Positions 44,969 through 52,546 of a stretch of DNA of 52,730 nucleotides are shown here, in pieces. The stretch lies in assembly GCA_964498295.1 (NCBI GenBank), contig CAZCGJ010000002.1, positions 1 through 52,730 of the forward strand, given 5' to 3'. Source of the DNA: Candidatus Woesearchaeota archaeon (GTDB lineage: Archaea; Nanobdellota; Nanobdellia; Pacearchaeales; GW2011-AR1). Numbering within the stretch: position 1 is the stretch's first letter; each line of letters begins with the position of its first letter. The notes beneath the pieces were generated by a model, which had not been told where the DNA came from, did no database searches, and saw nothing but the letters and a program-made list of their open reading frames with translations. The translations under genes and the position numbers were made by a program.

Positions 44969-45313
44969 ATGGGGTGGAAAACGAGGTTAGCTGTACCTTC
45001 TTTAGCAGCAATAGGTTACTTAGTTACTTCTTTTTTTATTAAAATTGTTCCCTGTCAGGTTTCTGCAAATATTCCCAACCCTTCTTTTACTTGGAGCCTA
45101 TGTACTCTAAATCCTGACAAACTTTCTATATTCGGTGTCCAGGAAATGTATTGGGGAATTAGTACTCAATTGACAGAAGCATATCTAATTTCATTAGGTC
45201 TTATTTTCTTAGGGGTTTTCTTATTTCTTATGCCTTTTACTCGTAAAAAACATACTAATTTTCCTAAATCGAAAGATAAAAAAGGACCTGAAAGGGGGTT
45301 TGAAACATATTAA
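44969..45313 (+). CDS. membrane protein, hypothetical
   Basis: 114 aa with two hydrophobic segments and a basic tail. Its stop overlaps the next ATG (TAATG). Confidence 0.45.
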   Translation: MGWKTRLAVPSLAAIGYLVTSFFIKIVPCQVSANIPNPSFTWSLCTLNPDKLSIFGVQEMYWGISTQLTEAYLISLGLIFLGVFLFLMPFTRKKHTNFPKSKDKKGPERGFETY

Positions 45314-45510
45314 TGGCAAAAAAAGGATTTAACTTTTCTGCATTTATTGCATGGATTGTAGGTATTTTAGTATCTCTAGCAGTTGGTTCCGGAATGATCC
45401 AGGGAATTCTAGATGTACCTTATATACCTGAAATTATTACTGCAATTGCAGGTTGGATTGTTGTAATCGGTGCAATAATCTCTGTCGTAGCTGCTCTTTT
45501 CGGCAGATAA
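45313..45510 (+). CDS. small two-TM membrane protein, hypothetical
   Basis: 65 aa (MAKKGFNFSAFIAWIVGILVSLAV...). Translationally coupled to the previous ORF. Confidence 0.45.
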   Translation: MAKKGFNFSAFIAWIVGILVSLAVGSGMIQGILDVPYIPEIITAIAGWIVVIGAIISVVAALFGR

Positions 45511-45722
45511 ACAGACAAATTTTTTATTTATTTTTTAGATTTTTATAATCTTTCTCCAAACAAACACCTAAACACTTGTTTTTGAGTGTGTTTTAGATGT
45601 TAAACAGTATAAAATATAGCGTCGATAACTGGTGTTTAAACAGCTATTTTTTCATTTCAAGTAGTTTTATATAGTTCTTTTTCTGTTTAAACAGATAAAT
45701 CCTGAAAAGGGAGGTAAAAATT

Positions 45723-45884
45723 ATGGCAGCAACACCACCAGATGCACAAAAAAGGAAAATTGACTGGAACATAGACAGAAGAGTTTACGATGATTTTATG
45801 AAAGCATGTAGTAATAAAGGATATGCCCCTCAAGTCGTTGTAGAAAAAATGATGGCTAAGTTCAATCAAACAAAACAGATTTAA
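45723..45884 (+). CDS. ribbon-helix-helix (CopG/Arc-like) small DNA-binding protein, 53 aa, below the ORF-track cutoff
   Basis: Hand translation gives MAAATPPDAQKRKIDWNIDRRVYDDFMKACSNKGYAPQVVVEKMMAKFNQTKQI-type sequence (read from ATG 45723 to TAA 45884). It shows a beta-strand, helix, helix pattern and is preceded by GGGAGGT. The 60-aa track ORF on the opposite strand (45687..45869) is probably spurious. Confidence 0.5.
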   Translation: MAATPPDAQKRKIDWNIDRRVYDDFMKACSNKGYAPQVVVEKMMAKFNQTKQI

Positions 45885-46001
45885 TTCTGCTTTGAATCTT
45901 ATTATTTTATTTTTAATTTATATTATACTTATTTTTTCTTTACACTTTACTGATCCTTAAACGAAGATATTGGGGTTTTTGGAGATCTTTGAATAAAGTT
46001 G

Positions 46002-46056
46002 ACCTTAGTGCACAAAACCGCCGAAACCAAAAAGCAGGTTAAGCGGTCGAACCTAA
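46002..46056 (+). repeat. 55-nt direct repeat, copy 1
   Basis: ACCTTAGTGCACAAAACCGCCGAAACCAAAAAGCAGGTTAAGCGGTCGAACCTAA. Identical to copy 2 except at one position. Confidence 0.85.
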
Positions 46057-46107
46057 GTAACTCCCCTAAATATAAATCTTTAAAAAGAATTAATATATCC
46101 ACTAATA

Positions 46108-46494
46108 ATGACTTTAAGAGATTGTCTCGATAGTGAAGTAAGAAGAGGTCCATATCTCAATATTAAAACAGGCGAGCCTGTGAGAGTTTATAACTTAGAA
46201 GGTAACTTACATTATGCCGATCCATATCAAACTTTTGGCGAAAATGAAAGACCCCTATCTTTAACGGAGGAAGTTGCAAAAAATTTATTGAGGCTAGCTA
46301 ATTCTTCAAAAATTCAAAAACTTCTTTTTGACACAAAATACTCTGATGACTCTCGAGCTCCTAAATTAGATACTCTTCCTAAAAAAGATTTGGTCTTTAG
46401 AGCAGCACAAAGCCAACATAAGTGCACAGCCGCCATTATACCGGTTGATGCTCCGGAAATAATTAGGAGAGGGTTTAGAGTTCCTCATGTCTAA
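46108..46494 (+). CDS. hypothetical protein
   Basis: 128-aa ATG ORF. No family recognised. Contains a 30-nt partial copy of the flanking repeat at 46405-46434. Confidence 0.45.
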   Translation: MTLRDCLDSEVRRGPYLNIKTGEPVRVYNLEGNLHYADPYQTFGENERPLSLTEEVAKNLLRLANSSKIQKLLFDTKYSDDSRAPKLDTLPKKDLVFRAAQSQHKCTAAIIPVDAPEIIRRGFRVPHV

Positions 46495-46753
46495 TAAAAA
46501 TCCTCTATATTTTTGTAAATGGAAAGGTTGCAAAGTTTCTGGAGTTGTGGCAAGAAATTGTGATTATTGTAATTTGGATAATTATGTTTGTAGACATACT
46601 GGTGAATTATGTGTTGCAAGTAAAGGTTTAGAGGCGTTCGCACAATCTCTTACTAAAAGTTTGGAAGATGGCGAGCCAGGATATCTCGGATTATTTCCTA
46701 GTGCAACAATAGACCCTAATTCTCACTTGCTTTCAACACCATACACTTTATAG
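46487..46753 (+). CDS. hypothetical Cys-rich protein
   Basis: 88 aa. Overlaps the previous ORF by 8 nt. Six Cys in the first 42 residues (CKWKGC...CDYC...C...C). Confidence 0.45.
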   Translation: MSNKNPLYFCKWKGCKVSGVVARNCDYCNLDNYVCRHTGELCVASKGLEAFAQSLTKSLEDGEPGYLGLFPSATIDPNSHLLSTPYTL

Positions 46754-46796
46754 ACAAAAATATATCTTAAATTAAATAGGCTTTCGCACAAAGCCA

Positions 46797-46851
46797 ACCT
46801 AAGTGCACAAAACCGCCGAAACCAAAAAGCAGGTTAAGCGGTCGAACCTAA
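46797..46851 (+). repeat. 55-nt direct repeat, copy 2
   Basis: ACCTAAGTGCACAAAACCGCCGAAACCAAAAAGCAGGTTAAGCGGTCGAACCTAA. Matches copy 1 at 54 of 55 positions. Confidence 0.85.
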
Positions 46852-47176
46852 AAACTGTTGAGAGATATGATTTTTATTTCCAAAACATCAAAAAACAGTA
46901 AAAAATCACCAAAAATAGCCTAAAATTCCCTTTATGGTTCGTACAAGATACATTGTTACAACCCTATTTTTACTCAAAAAATACAGAAAAAACTTGTTTT
47001 TTGGTCAAATTTGAAAAATCACATATTAATCCTCAGCCAAAAAATAAAAATGCCTAAAATCGCCAGGACTCTTTAATTTATAATTTGTGCACATTGATTA
47101 CCTAAGTGAACAACTCTCTAAATAAATTTATTTAATCTTTGAACTAAACAAACCAAAGTGCACAGAGAATTATTCT

Positions 47177-47500
47177 TTACAAAAATTGTTCCGATCGTCC
47201 ACCGGTTCCATAAAGATCTACTGGCATTCCTGCCATCAAATCCCAAGCATCAAAATCATCATTCAAACGTTTAGTTTCCAACATTCCAGGCGTAACTCTT
47301 TGGGTTCCAACAGGTACTTGTGCAAATCCTTGAACACATTCAGCAGCAGGTTCTCTTCCTAACTCGCCCTTACAAATAAATTGTGTTCTGGGCCAATTAA
47401 GTCCACATGAATAAGAAGTAATATCTGCTTCTATTCCTAAATGTCCTCCAGATGTATCATCTTCTCTAATTAAATAAGGACAGGTTGATTGACATCTCAT
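47177..47500 (-). CDS. hypothetical protein
   Basis: 107-aa ATG ORF and the only minus-strand gene in this block. No family recognised. Confidence 0.4.
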   Translation of the reverse strand: MRCQSTCPYLIREDDTSGGHLGIEADITSYSCGLNWPRTQFICKGELGREPAAECVQGFAQVPVGTQRVTPGMLETKRLNDDFDAWDLMAGMPVDLYGTGGRSEQFL

Positions 47501-47541
47501 AAATTTCTAAACCTTTTTTAATATTTAAGCATTTATGTCCT

Positions 47542-47575
47542 CCAAAATCTATTTAAACCCCGGTTCGCACAATCT
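47542..47575 (+). promoter_or_regulatory. duplicated 34-nt leader/promoter element, copy 1
   Basis: CCAAAATCTATTTAAACCCCGGTTCGCACAATCT ends 3 nt before the ATG at 47579. Contains the TATA-like TATTTAAA. Confidence 0.45.
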
Positions 47576-47578
47576 CTT

Positions 47579-48001
47579 ATGAAAAAAGAAAAGATAATTG
47601 CAGCTTCTGGATATTTCGATCCTATTCATGTTGGGCATATTGAGTGTTTAGAGCTTGCAAAAAAGTTAGGAGATAGACTCGTGGTTATTGTTAATAATGA
47701 TAATCAGGCCGTACTAAAAAAAGGTAAGCCGTTTATGAAACAAGAAGAGAGATTAAAAATTGTTCAGTCCTTAAGGTGTGTGGATGAAGTTTTTCTAAGT
47801 ATTGATCAAGACAGAACTGTGTGCAAATCCTTGGCGGCAGTTAGGCCTGATGTTTTTGCAAAAGGCGGAGATAGAACTAGTGGTGAAATTCCTGAATCTG
47901 TAATCTGTAAAGAATTAAATATACAAATTATTGATGGGCTGGGTGCCAAGATACAATCAAGCTCAAGCTTAATCGAAAATTCTAAATCTGAATTAAATTA
48001 G
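47579..48001 (+). CDS. cytidylyl/adenylyltransferase-family nucleotidyltransferase (RfaE domain II/TagD-like)
   Basis: 140 aa. ASGYFDPIHVGHIECL carries the HxGH motif. VIVNNDNQAVLKKGKPFM...ERLKIV..LRCVDEV...KGGD resembles heptose-1-P adenylyltransferase-type enzymes. Confidence 0.7.
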   Translation: MKKEKIIAASGYFDPIHVGHIECLELAKKLGDRLVVIVNNDNQAVLKKGKPFMKQEERLKIVQSLRCVDEVFLSIDQDRTVCKSLAAVRPDVFAKGGDRTSGEIPESVICKELNIQIIDGLGAKIQSSSSLIENSKSELN

Positions 48002-48007
48002 ATTCTC

Positions 48008-48041
48008 CCAAAATCTATTTAAACCCTGGTTCGCACAATCT
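48008..48041 (+). promoter_or_regulatory. duplicated 34-nt leader/promoter element, copy 2
   Basis: CCAAAATCTATTTAAACCCTGGTTCGCACAATCT matches copy 1 at 33 of 34 positions and ends 3 nt before the ATG at 48045. Confidence 0.45.
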
Positions 48042-48044
48042 AGT

Positions 48045-48548
48045 ATGAAAAAAAGAGTTGTTGTAAATGATTTGATGCAAAAAAATTATATTTATTTTCT
48101 AACTGAACCGATCGGTAAAAATTTTGATCCGGAGTTTAAACCAGAGTTAACACCTAAACAGATGTTGGAGTTGGGTGTTTTTAGTGGAAAGTACATGACT
48201 GACTGCAAAAAAGAGTTTCCATCGTCATGGTTCGCACAATCCAAATTGTCTCCACTATATCCTCAAGATTCTCTAAACTTCTTTAAAGTACATGCTTCAC
48301 AACCTCTTTCAGTATGGCGAGAAAAGGGTTGGATTTATCGCGAGGATCCTCGCGGTTGGTTTCAATGGTATTGTCGGTATTTCATGGGTCGTAGATGTTC
48401 TGATGATCAAAGACAAATCAAACGTTGGAAAGCAATCAAACGACACATCTCTCAACTAAAAAAACACTGCAAAAAAAGAGATTTTTCTTGTCGACCTGTT
48501 CAACGACAAGCTATTCTTCATTGGGCATACGATTCAAGGAAGCTATGA
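48045..48548 (+). CDS. hypothetical protein with a conserved-looking Trp/Arg-rich core
   Basis: 167 aa. The motif REDPRGWFQWYCRYFMGRRCSDDQRQIKRWKAI looks like a conserved domain, but I cannot name it. Confidence 0.5.
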   Translation: MKKRVVVNDLMQKNYIYFLTEPIGKNFDPEFKPELTPKQMLELGVFSGKYMTDCKKEFPSSWFAQSKLSPLYPQDSLNFFKVHASQPLSVWREKGWIYREDPRGWFQWYCRYFMGRRCSDDQRQIKRWKAIKRHISQLKKHCKKRDFSCRPVQRQAILHWAYDSRKL

Positions 48549-49741
48549 AATTCGAAACAAAAACAAAATCTTTAATGTACGGAATGGAGTTTACCCATGG
48601 TGTCCGTCGTGCAATTTTATCTGCATTGGGATTGCTTTATTTTCTATCTTTCGGTTTTAGTCTTATTTCAGTAACCACTCTTTTTTCAATCTCGACTATC
48701 ATTATGCTTCTTTTTGAATTTCCGACTGCAGCCATTGCCGATTTTGATTCTAGAAGAAAGTCACTTCTAATTTCTTTTTTTCTAATGTTTGTTGCATTTT
48801 TAGGTCTTTTTTATTTTAGGACTTTCTGGCCGCTTGCATTTTTCTGGATACTCGGAGATATTGCATGGACCTTCTGTTCTGGCGCAAATTATGCATGGGT
48901 AATTGATACGCTCGGTTATTCTGGAAAGAAATCGAAGATAGTTTCTATTATCTCACACTCATATTCATTCGAAAAAGCAGGAAGGGCAATAGGTGGTTTA
49001 ATAGGGCTCGCACTCGTGTTAATTAATTTCCGTTTTATTTGGTTATTAATTTCTCTATCTTATTTATTCTTTTTATTTGTTTTTTGGAGATATGCAGAGG
49101 AAAGAAATTTTAAGAAAATAGAAACGCCTTATCATTTTCTAAAGAAACCCCTTATCCAGGCGAGAGAAGTAATTAGTTATCTTTTCAAAAAAGAAAATAA
49201 ACAAATAAGAAACTTAAATTTTATTGACATGCTGAATATTGCTTCGCTTAGTGCTTTTTTTATATGTCTTCCATTAGTCTTTTCGCAGTTTTTTAGAATT
49301 TCAACAAGCAGCATTTCCGGGATTTATTCTTGTCTTGCACTAGTAGTTATCTTAGGCCCTATCTTAGCAAGAAAACTAAGCAAACTTAAAATTAAACTAC
49401 TTTTGGTTTCATTCACCTTATTAATTGGCATTTGTATGCTATTTTTTATTTATTCCTCTATATTGCTAGTTGCCTTATTATTTTTAGTTTTAATTGAAAT
49501 TTTTATGACTTCTTATAATGCTACTCTCGACTCTGCTTGTCACCATTTGTTTCCTTCAAAAATTAGGGCATCTCTTGGTTCTATGACAAACATTTTATGG
49601 GCTATTTCAAATGCAACCGCTATATTTTTAGCAGGAATTAGCATTTCATTTATAGGTCTAAAAGAAACCATGTTTATTTGCGGGTTACTATTATTTTTGT
49701 CTGCTATTTTATTTTTCTTTAAATTAGAGGATAAAAAATGA
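48545..49741 (+). CDS. MFS-type transporter
   Basis: From the ATG at 48545, which overlaps the previous stop as ATGA. About 12 hydrophobic segments and a DFDSRRK loop after TM2 (the MFS DRxGRR-like motif). The track start at 48425 is TTG. Confidence 0.6.
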   Translation: MKFETKTKSLMYGMEFTHGVRRAILSALGLLYFLSFGFSLISVTTLFSISTIIMLLFEFPTAAIADFDSRRKSLLISFFLMFVAFLGLFYFRTFWPLAFFWILGDIAWTFCSGANYAWVIDTLGYSGKKSKIVSIISHSYSFEKAGRAIGGLIGLALVLINFRFIWLLISLSYLFFLFVFWRYAEERNFKKIETPYHFLKKPLIQAREVISYLFKKENKQIRNLNFIDMLNIASLSAFFICLPLVFSQFFRISTSSISGIYSCLALVVILGPILARKLSKLKIKLLLVSFTLLIGICMLFFIYSSILLVALLFLVLIEIFMTSYNATLDSACHHLFPSKIRASLGSMTNILWAISNATAIFLAGISISFIGLKETMFICGLLLFLSAILFFFKLEDKK

Positions 49742-50571
49742 ACGCTGAAGAATTTCTAAAAAAACTTGAAATAGAACTAAAAATTTCTAAAAACTCTAGT
49801 TATACACTCAGAAATTATCTAGATGCTAATAAACAACTGCTTGAACAGTCGCATAAACAACCGGAAGAATTAGCAGTAGACGATGTCAAGATGTTTATGG
49901 CTGAGAAATTAACGGAAAAATCTTCTTCTTCTATTATCTTATTCTTAGCTGCAGTAAAATATGCTTACTTAAACATCTTAAAAAAAGATATTACTCTAGG
50001 AATTAAACGACCAAAAAAAGAAAAAAGAATCCCTGTGGTTATGTCTAAAGAGGAAGTTAAACGTTTGATAAACAGCATTTACAGTGATAAAAGTCGTTTA
50101 ATGGTTTCTATGCTGTATGCTTGCGGTTTCCGTATTTCAGAATTAATTAATTTAAAAATTGAAGATTTAGATTTTATAGAAAAAACAGGCATGGTTAAAC
50201 AGGCAAAAGGAAAGAAGGATAGGGTGTTTAATATTCCAGAATTTTTAGTTGTTGATTTAAACAAGCAAATCGAGTTTCAAAAAAAATTAAATCATGAATT
50301 ACTATTCTCAAACGAGGAAACTGGAAATAAACTCTCTGCTTCAAACATCGAAAAAATTGTAAGAAAGGCCGTCAAACGAGCAGGAATACAAAAAGATGTT
50401 CATTGCCATACTCTCCGGCATTCATTTGCCACACATTTATTAGAGAATGGGGTTGACATTAGAAAAATCCAAGAACTTTTAGGTCATGCGGATTTATCGA
50501 CAACACAGATATATACACATGTTTCAAAAGAAGAGTTAAAGAAAATAAAAAGCCCTATAGATTCATTATAA
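49738..50571 (+). CDS. xerA: tyrosine recombinase, XerA/XerC/XerD type
   Basis: 277 aa. ACGFRISEL (the Arg box), HTLRHSFATHLLENGVDIRKIQELLGHADLSTTQIYTHV (the H-x-x-R...H...Y catalytic set). Its ATG overlaps the MFS stop (ATGA). Confidence 0.85.
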   Translation: MNAEEFLKKLEIELKISKNSSYTLRNYLDANKQLLEQSHKQPEELAVDDVKMFMAEKLTEKSSSSIILFLAAVKYAYLNILKKDITLGIKRPKKEKRIPVVMSKEEVKRLINSIYSDKSRLMVSMLYACGFRISELINLKIEDLDFIEKTGMVKQAKGKKDRVFNIPEFLVVDLNKQIEFQKKLNHELLFSNEETGNKLSASNIEKIVRKAVKRAGIQKDVHCHTLRHSFATHLLENGVDIRKIQELLGHADLSTTQIYTHVSKEELKKIKSPIDSL

Positions 50572-51969
50572 TTATTCTTTCATATATAGTTTGTATGCTT
50601 CCTTCATCCAATGTAAATCAAAAATATTTATAGCTTCAACACCTGGATGGTGTAGTCCACACACAGGAATCCCCACATTTAATGAGGGGATAGAATCTCC
50701 AAACGAATCATACATTTGACCGCTTGCTCCCCAAGGTCTTAAATCTGCAGGCATATAATCTCCTCCGATTTGATATCTTTGATTTCTTTTTTTCCCTGGC
50801 AATTTTTTTTCAAGCATTGTTATGAATCTATCTACATGTTTTGGTGAAGTAACTATTCCTGTGCCGATCATTATTCCCCATCCAAGCCTAGATGCTCCCC
50901 TCATATCTACTAATCCGAGTGGATTTTCCAATTCTGAAGATCCGAGTCCTACTCCTACATCAGCAAAAATTGCAGGCATATCTCCTAACAGTTTTCTGTT
51001 AAGCTCTCCCGGCAAATATACATTAGCAGCATCCTTTTTTCCATAAACTACCTTGACAGTTTCTCTTAATACATTTTCAAAAAATCCCCTATAACTTGCA
51101 GAGTTTCCTATTCCTCCAATTTCCTCATTGTCCAGTGCAAAGAACATTGTAGTATTGTCTGTTTCAAGACGAGTTTCAAGTCCTGCCTTCAATCCTGCCC
51201 AAACACAACAACGATCATCATGTCCATATCCTCCAAGTTCTAATCCTATTAGCAAGGCTCTTTTTTTATCTTTAAATTGTCTTGGAAGACAATAAAGTCT
51301 TGCTCTTGAAAAATCGTCTGCACTCTTTATACCTAAAAATCTGTACAGGTCTTCAGCAGTACTAAATCCAGTATCTACTTTTAATGAATCAAAATCTTTC
51401 ATAATTGCCGGATGGTCTACATGCAAAGATCTCGCTTTTATTCTCCCAGGCATTTCAACTTTTTTTTCCTTTCCACCAATATACATTTTTCCAATAATAT
51501 CTACATCTACTCCTGTCCAGTCTTCTATTCTTACTCCTCCAAAAGGCTCCGTACATAAAGAAATTGTGGAAGTACTCATTTCTCTAGAGGTATCTGTAGC
51601 TGTATAAACAGGATTAGCGGGAATACGTAGAGAAGGAACATCAGAGTGTGCAATGATTATTCTAAAAGGTTTATCTTTTTTCCCCGGTTTTACGAGAGCA
51701 AAAGCGCTTCCTACTGCACCGTTTACTCCAGCTTCTTCGTCAGTAATAAAAAAAGGTTCAGAGCCAAAAGAATTTTTTTTAATTCCGTGATCTTTAACAA
51801 TTTTTCTTGCATTTTCAATAGAGTCACAAATGAACCTTGATTGCATAAACTCCGAATATTGAGGCAGTGTTTCAGTTATAACTTTGTCAGCAATTTCCTT
51901 TCCAGATTCCATGACTGCAGGCATTATTCCTCGAAAATTTGCTACCTGAATATCATTCCACGAAGTCAT
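50572..51969 (-). CDS. M18-family (aspartyl) aminopeptidase
   Basis: IIAHSDVPSLRI, GYGHDDRCCVWA, DNEEIGG and GLHHP match the M18 metal-ligand motifs. 465 aa. Confidence 0.75.
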   Translation of the reverse strand: MTSWNDIQVANFRGIMPAVMESGKEIADKVITETLPQYSEFMQSRFICDSIENARKIVKDHGIKKNSFGSEPFFITDEEAGVNGAVGSAFALVKPGKKDKPFRIIIAHSDVPSLRIPANPVYTATDTSREMSTSTISLCTEPFGGVRIEDWTGVDVDIIGKMYIGGKEKKVEMPGRIKARSLHVDHPAIMKDFDSLKVDTGFSTAEDLYRFLGIKSADDFSRARLYCLPRQFKDKKRALLIGLELGGYGHDDRCCVWAGLKAGLETRLETDNTTMFFALDNEEIGGIGNSASYRGFFENVLRETVKVVYGKKDAANVYLPGELNRKLLGDMPAIFADVGVGLGSSELENPLGLVDMRGASRLGWGIMIGTGIVTSPKHVDRFITMLEKKLPGKKRNQRYQIGGDYMPADLRPWGASGQMYDSFGDSIPSLNVGIPVCGLHHPGVEAINIFDLHWMKEAYKLYMKE

Positions 51970-52058
51970 ATAAACTTTAGAGGGTTTACCTTAAAAAGGA
52001 TTTGTATATTTTAAAATATATCTTTATTCTTATAAAAACCTCATTGATAGTCTATAAT

Positions 52059-52454
52059 TTAAGAAAAACTTATTTTTACTAAATACATATAAATAATCAC
52101 GCCCAATAAAATTAAGATTCCTAAGAATATTAACAAAGTAAATGCAAGTTCAAGAGAATCTGTTTGTTCTCTTAGTAATGTTAACTCTTCTCTGTTTGCT
52201 TTTCTCATTCCCGTCAAGTCTTCATCCCAATCTTTTCTCTTAACATAGCCTAAAATTGCAAAACCTGCTCCCATTATCCCTAAACTTAAGATTTTAAACA
52301 GCAGACCTAATATTGTCCAGCCAATACCAATAAGAAACATAACATAATAATCAATAAATCTTTTTTTGTATTTATAATTTAAGAAACCGAAGGCAATTGC
52401 CATAATAACTGAAATAGCAAAGATGATCAGCAGCAACAAAGTCCTTTCTATCAT
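52059..52454 (-). CDS. membrane protein, hypothetical
   Basis: 131 aa with three to four hydrophobic helices and a charged loop. Confidence 0.45.
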   Translation of the reverse strand: MIERTLLLLIIFAISVIMAIAFGFLNYKYKKRFIDYYVMFLIGIGWTILGLLFKILSLGIMGAGFAILGYVKRKDWDEDLTGMRKANREELTLLREQTDSLELAFTLLIFLGILILLGVIIYMYLVKISFS

Positions 52455-52546
52455 CTTTATATGACTTATTGGAAATTTATAAACTTAGTCATTTCGATCA
52501 AAATCCAAAAACTTACTTTTTTAAACCATTTATTATTAACAATAAC

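Noticed and set aside
49738-50571. Calling the tyrosine recombinase a mobile-element integrase
   Set aside because: Its length (277 aa) and motifs are those of the chromosomal XerA/XerC/XerD type. No flanking att repeats were recognised. It is annotated as Xer-type, and the mobile-element idea is kept only as a hypothesis in the findings.
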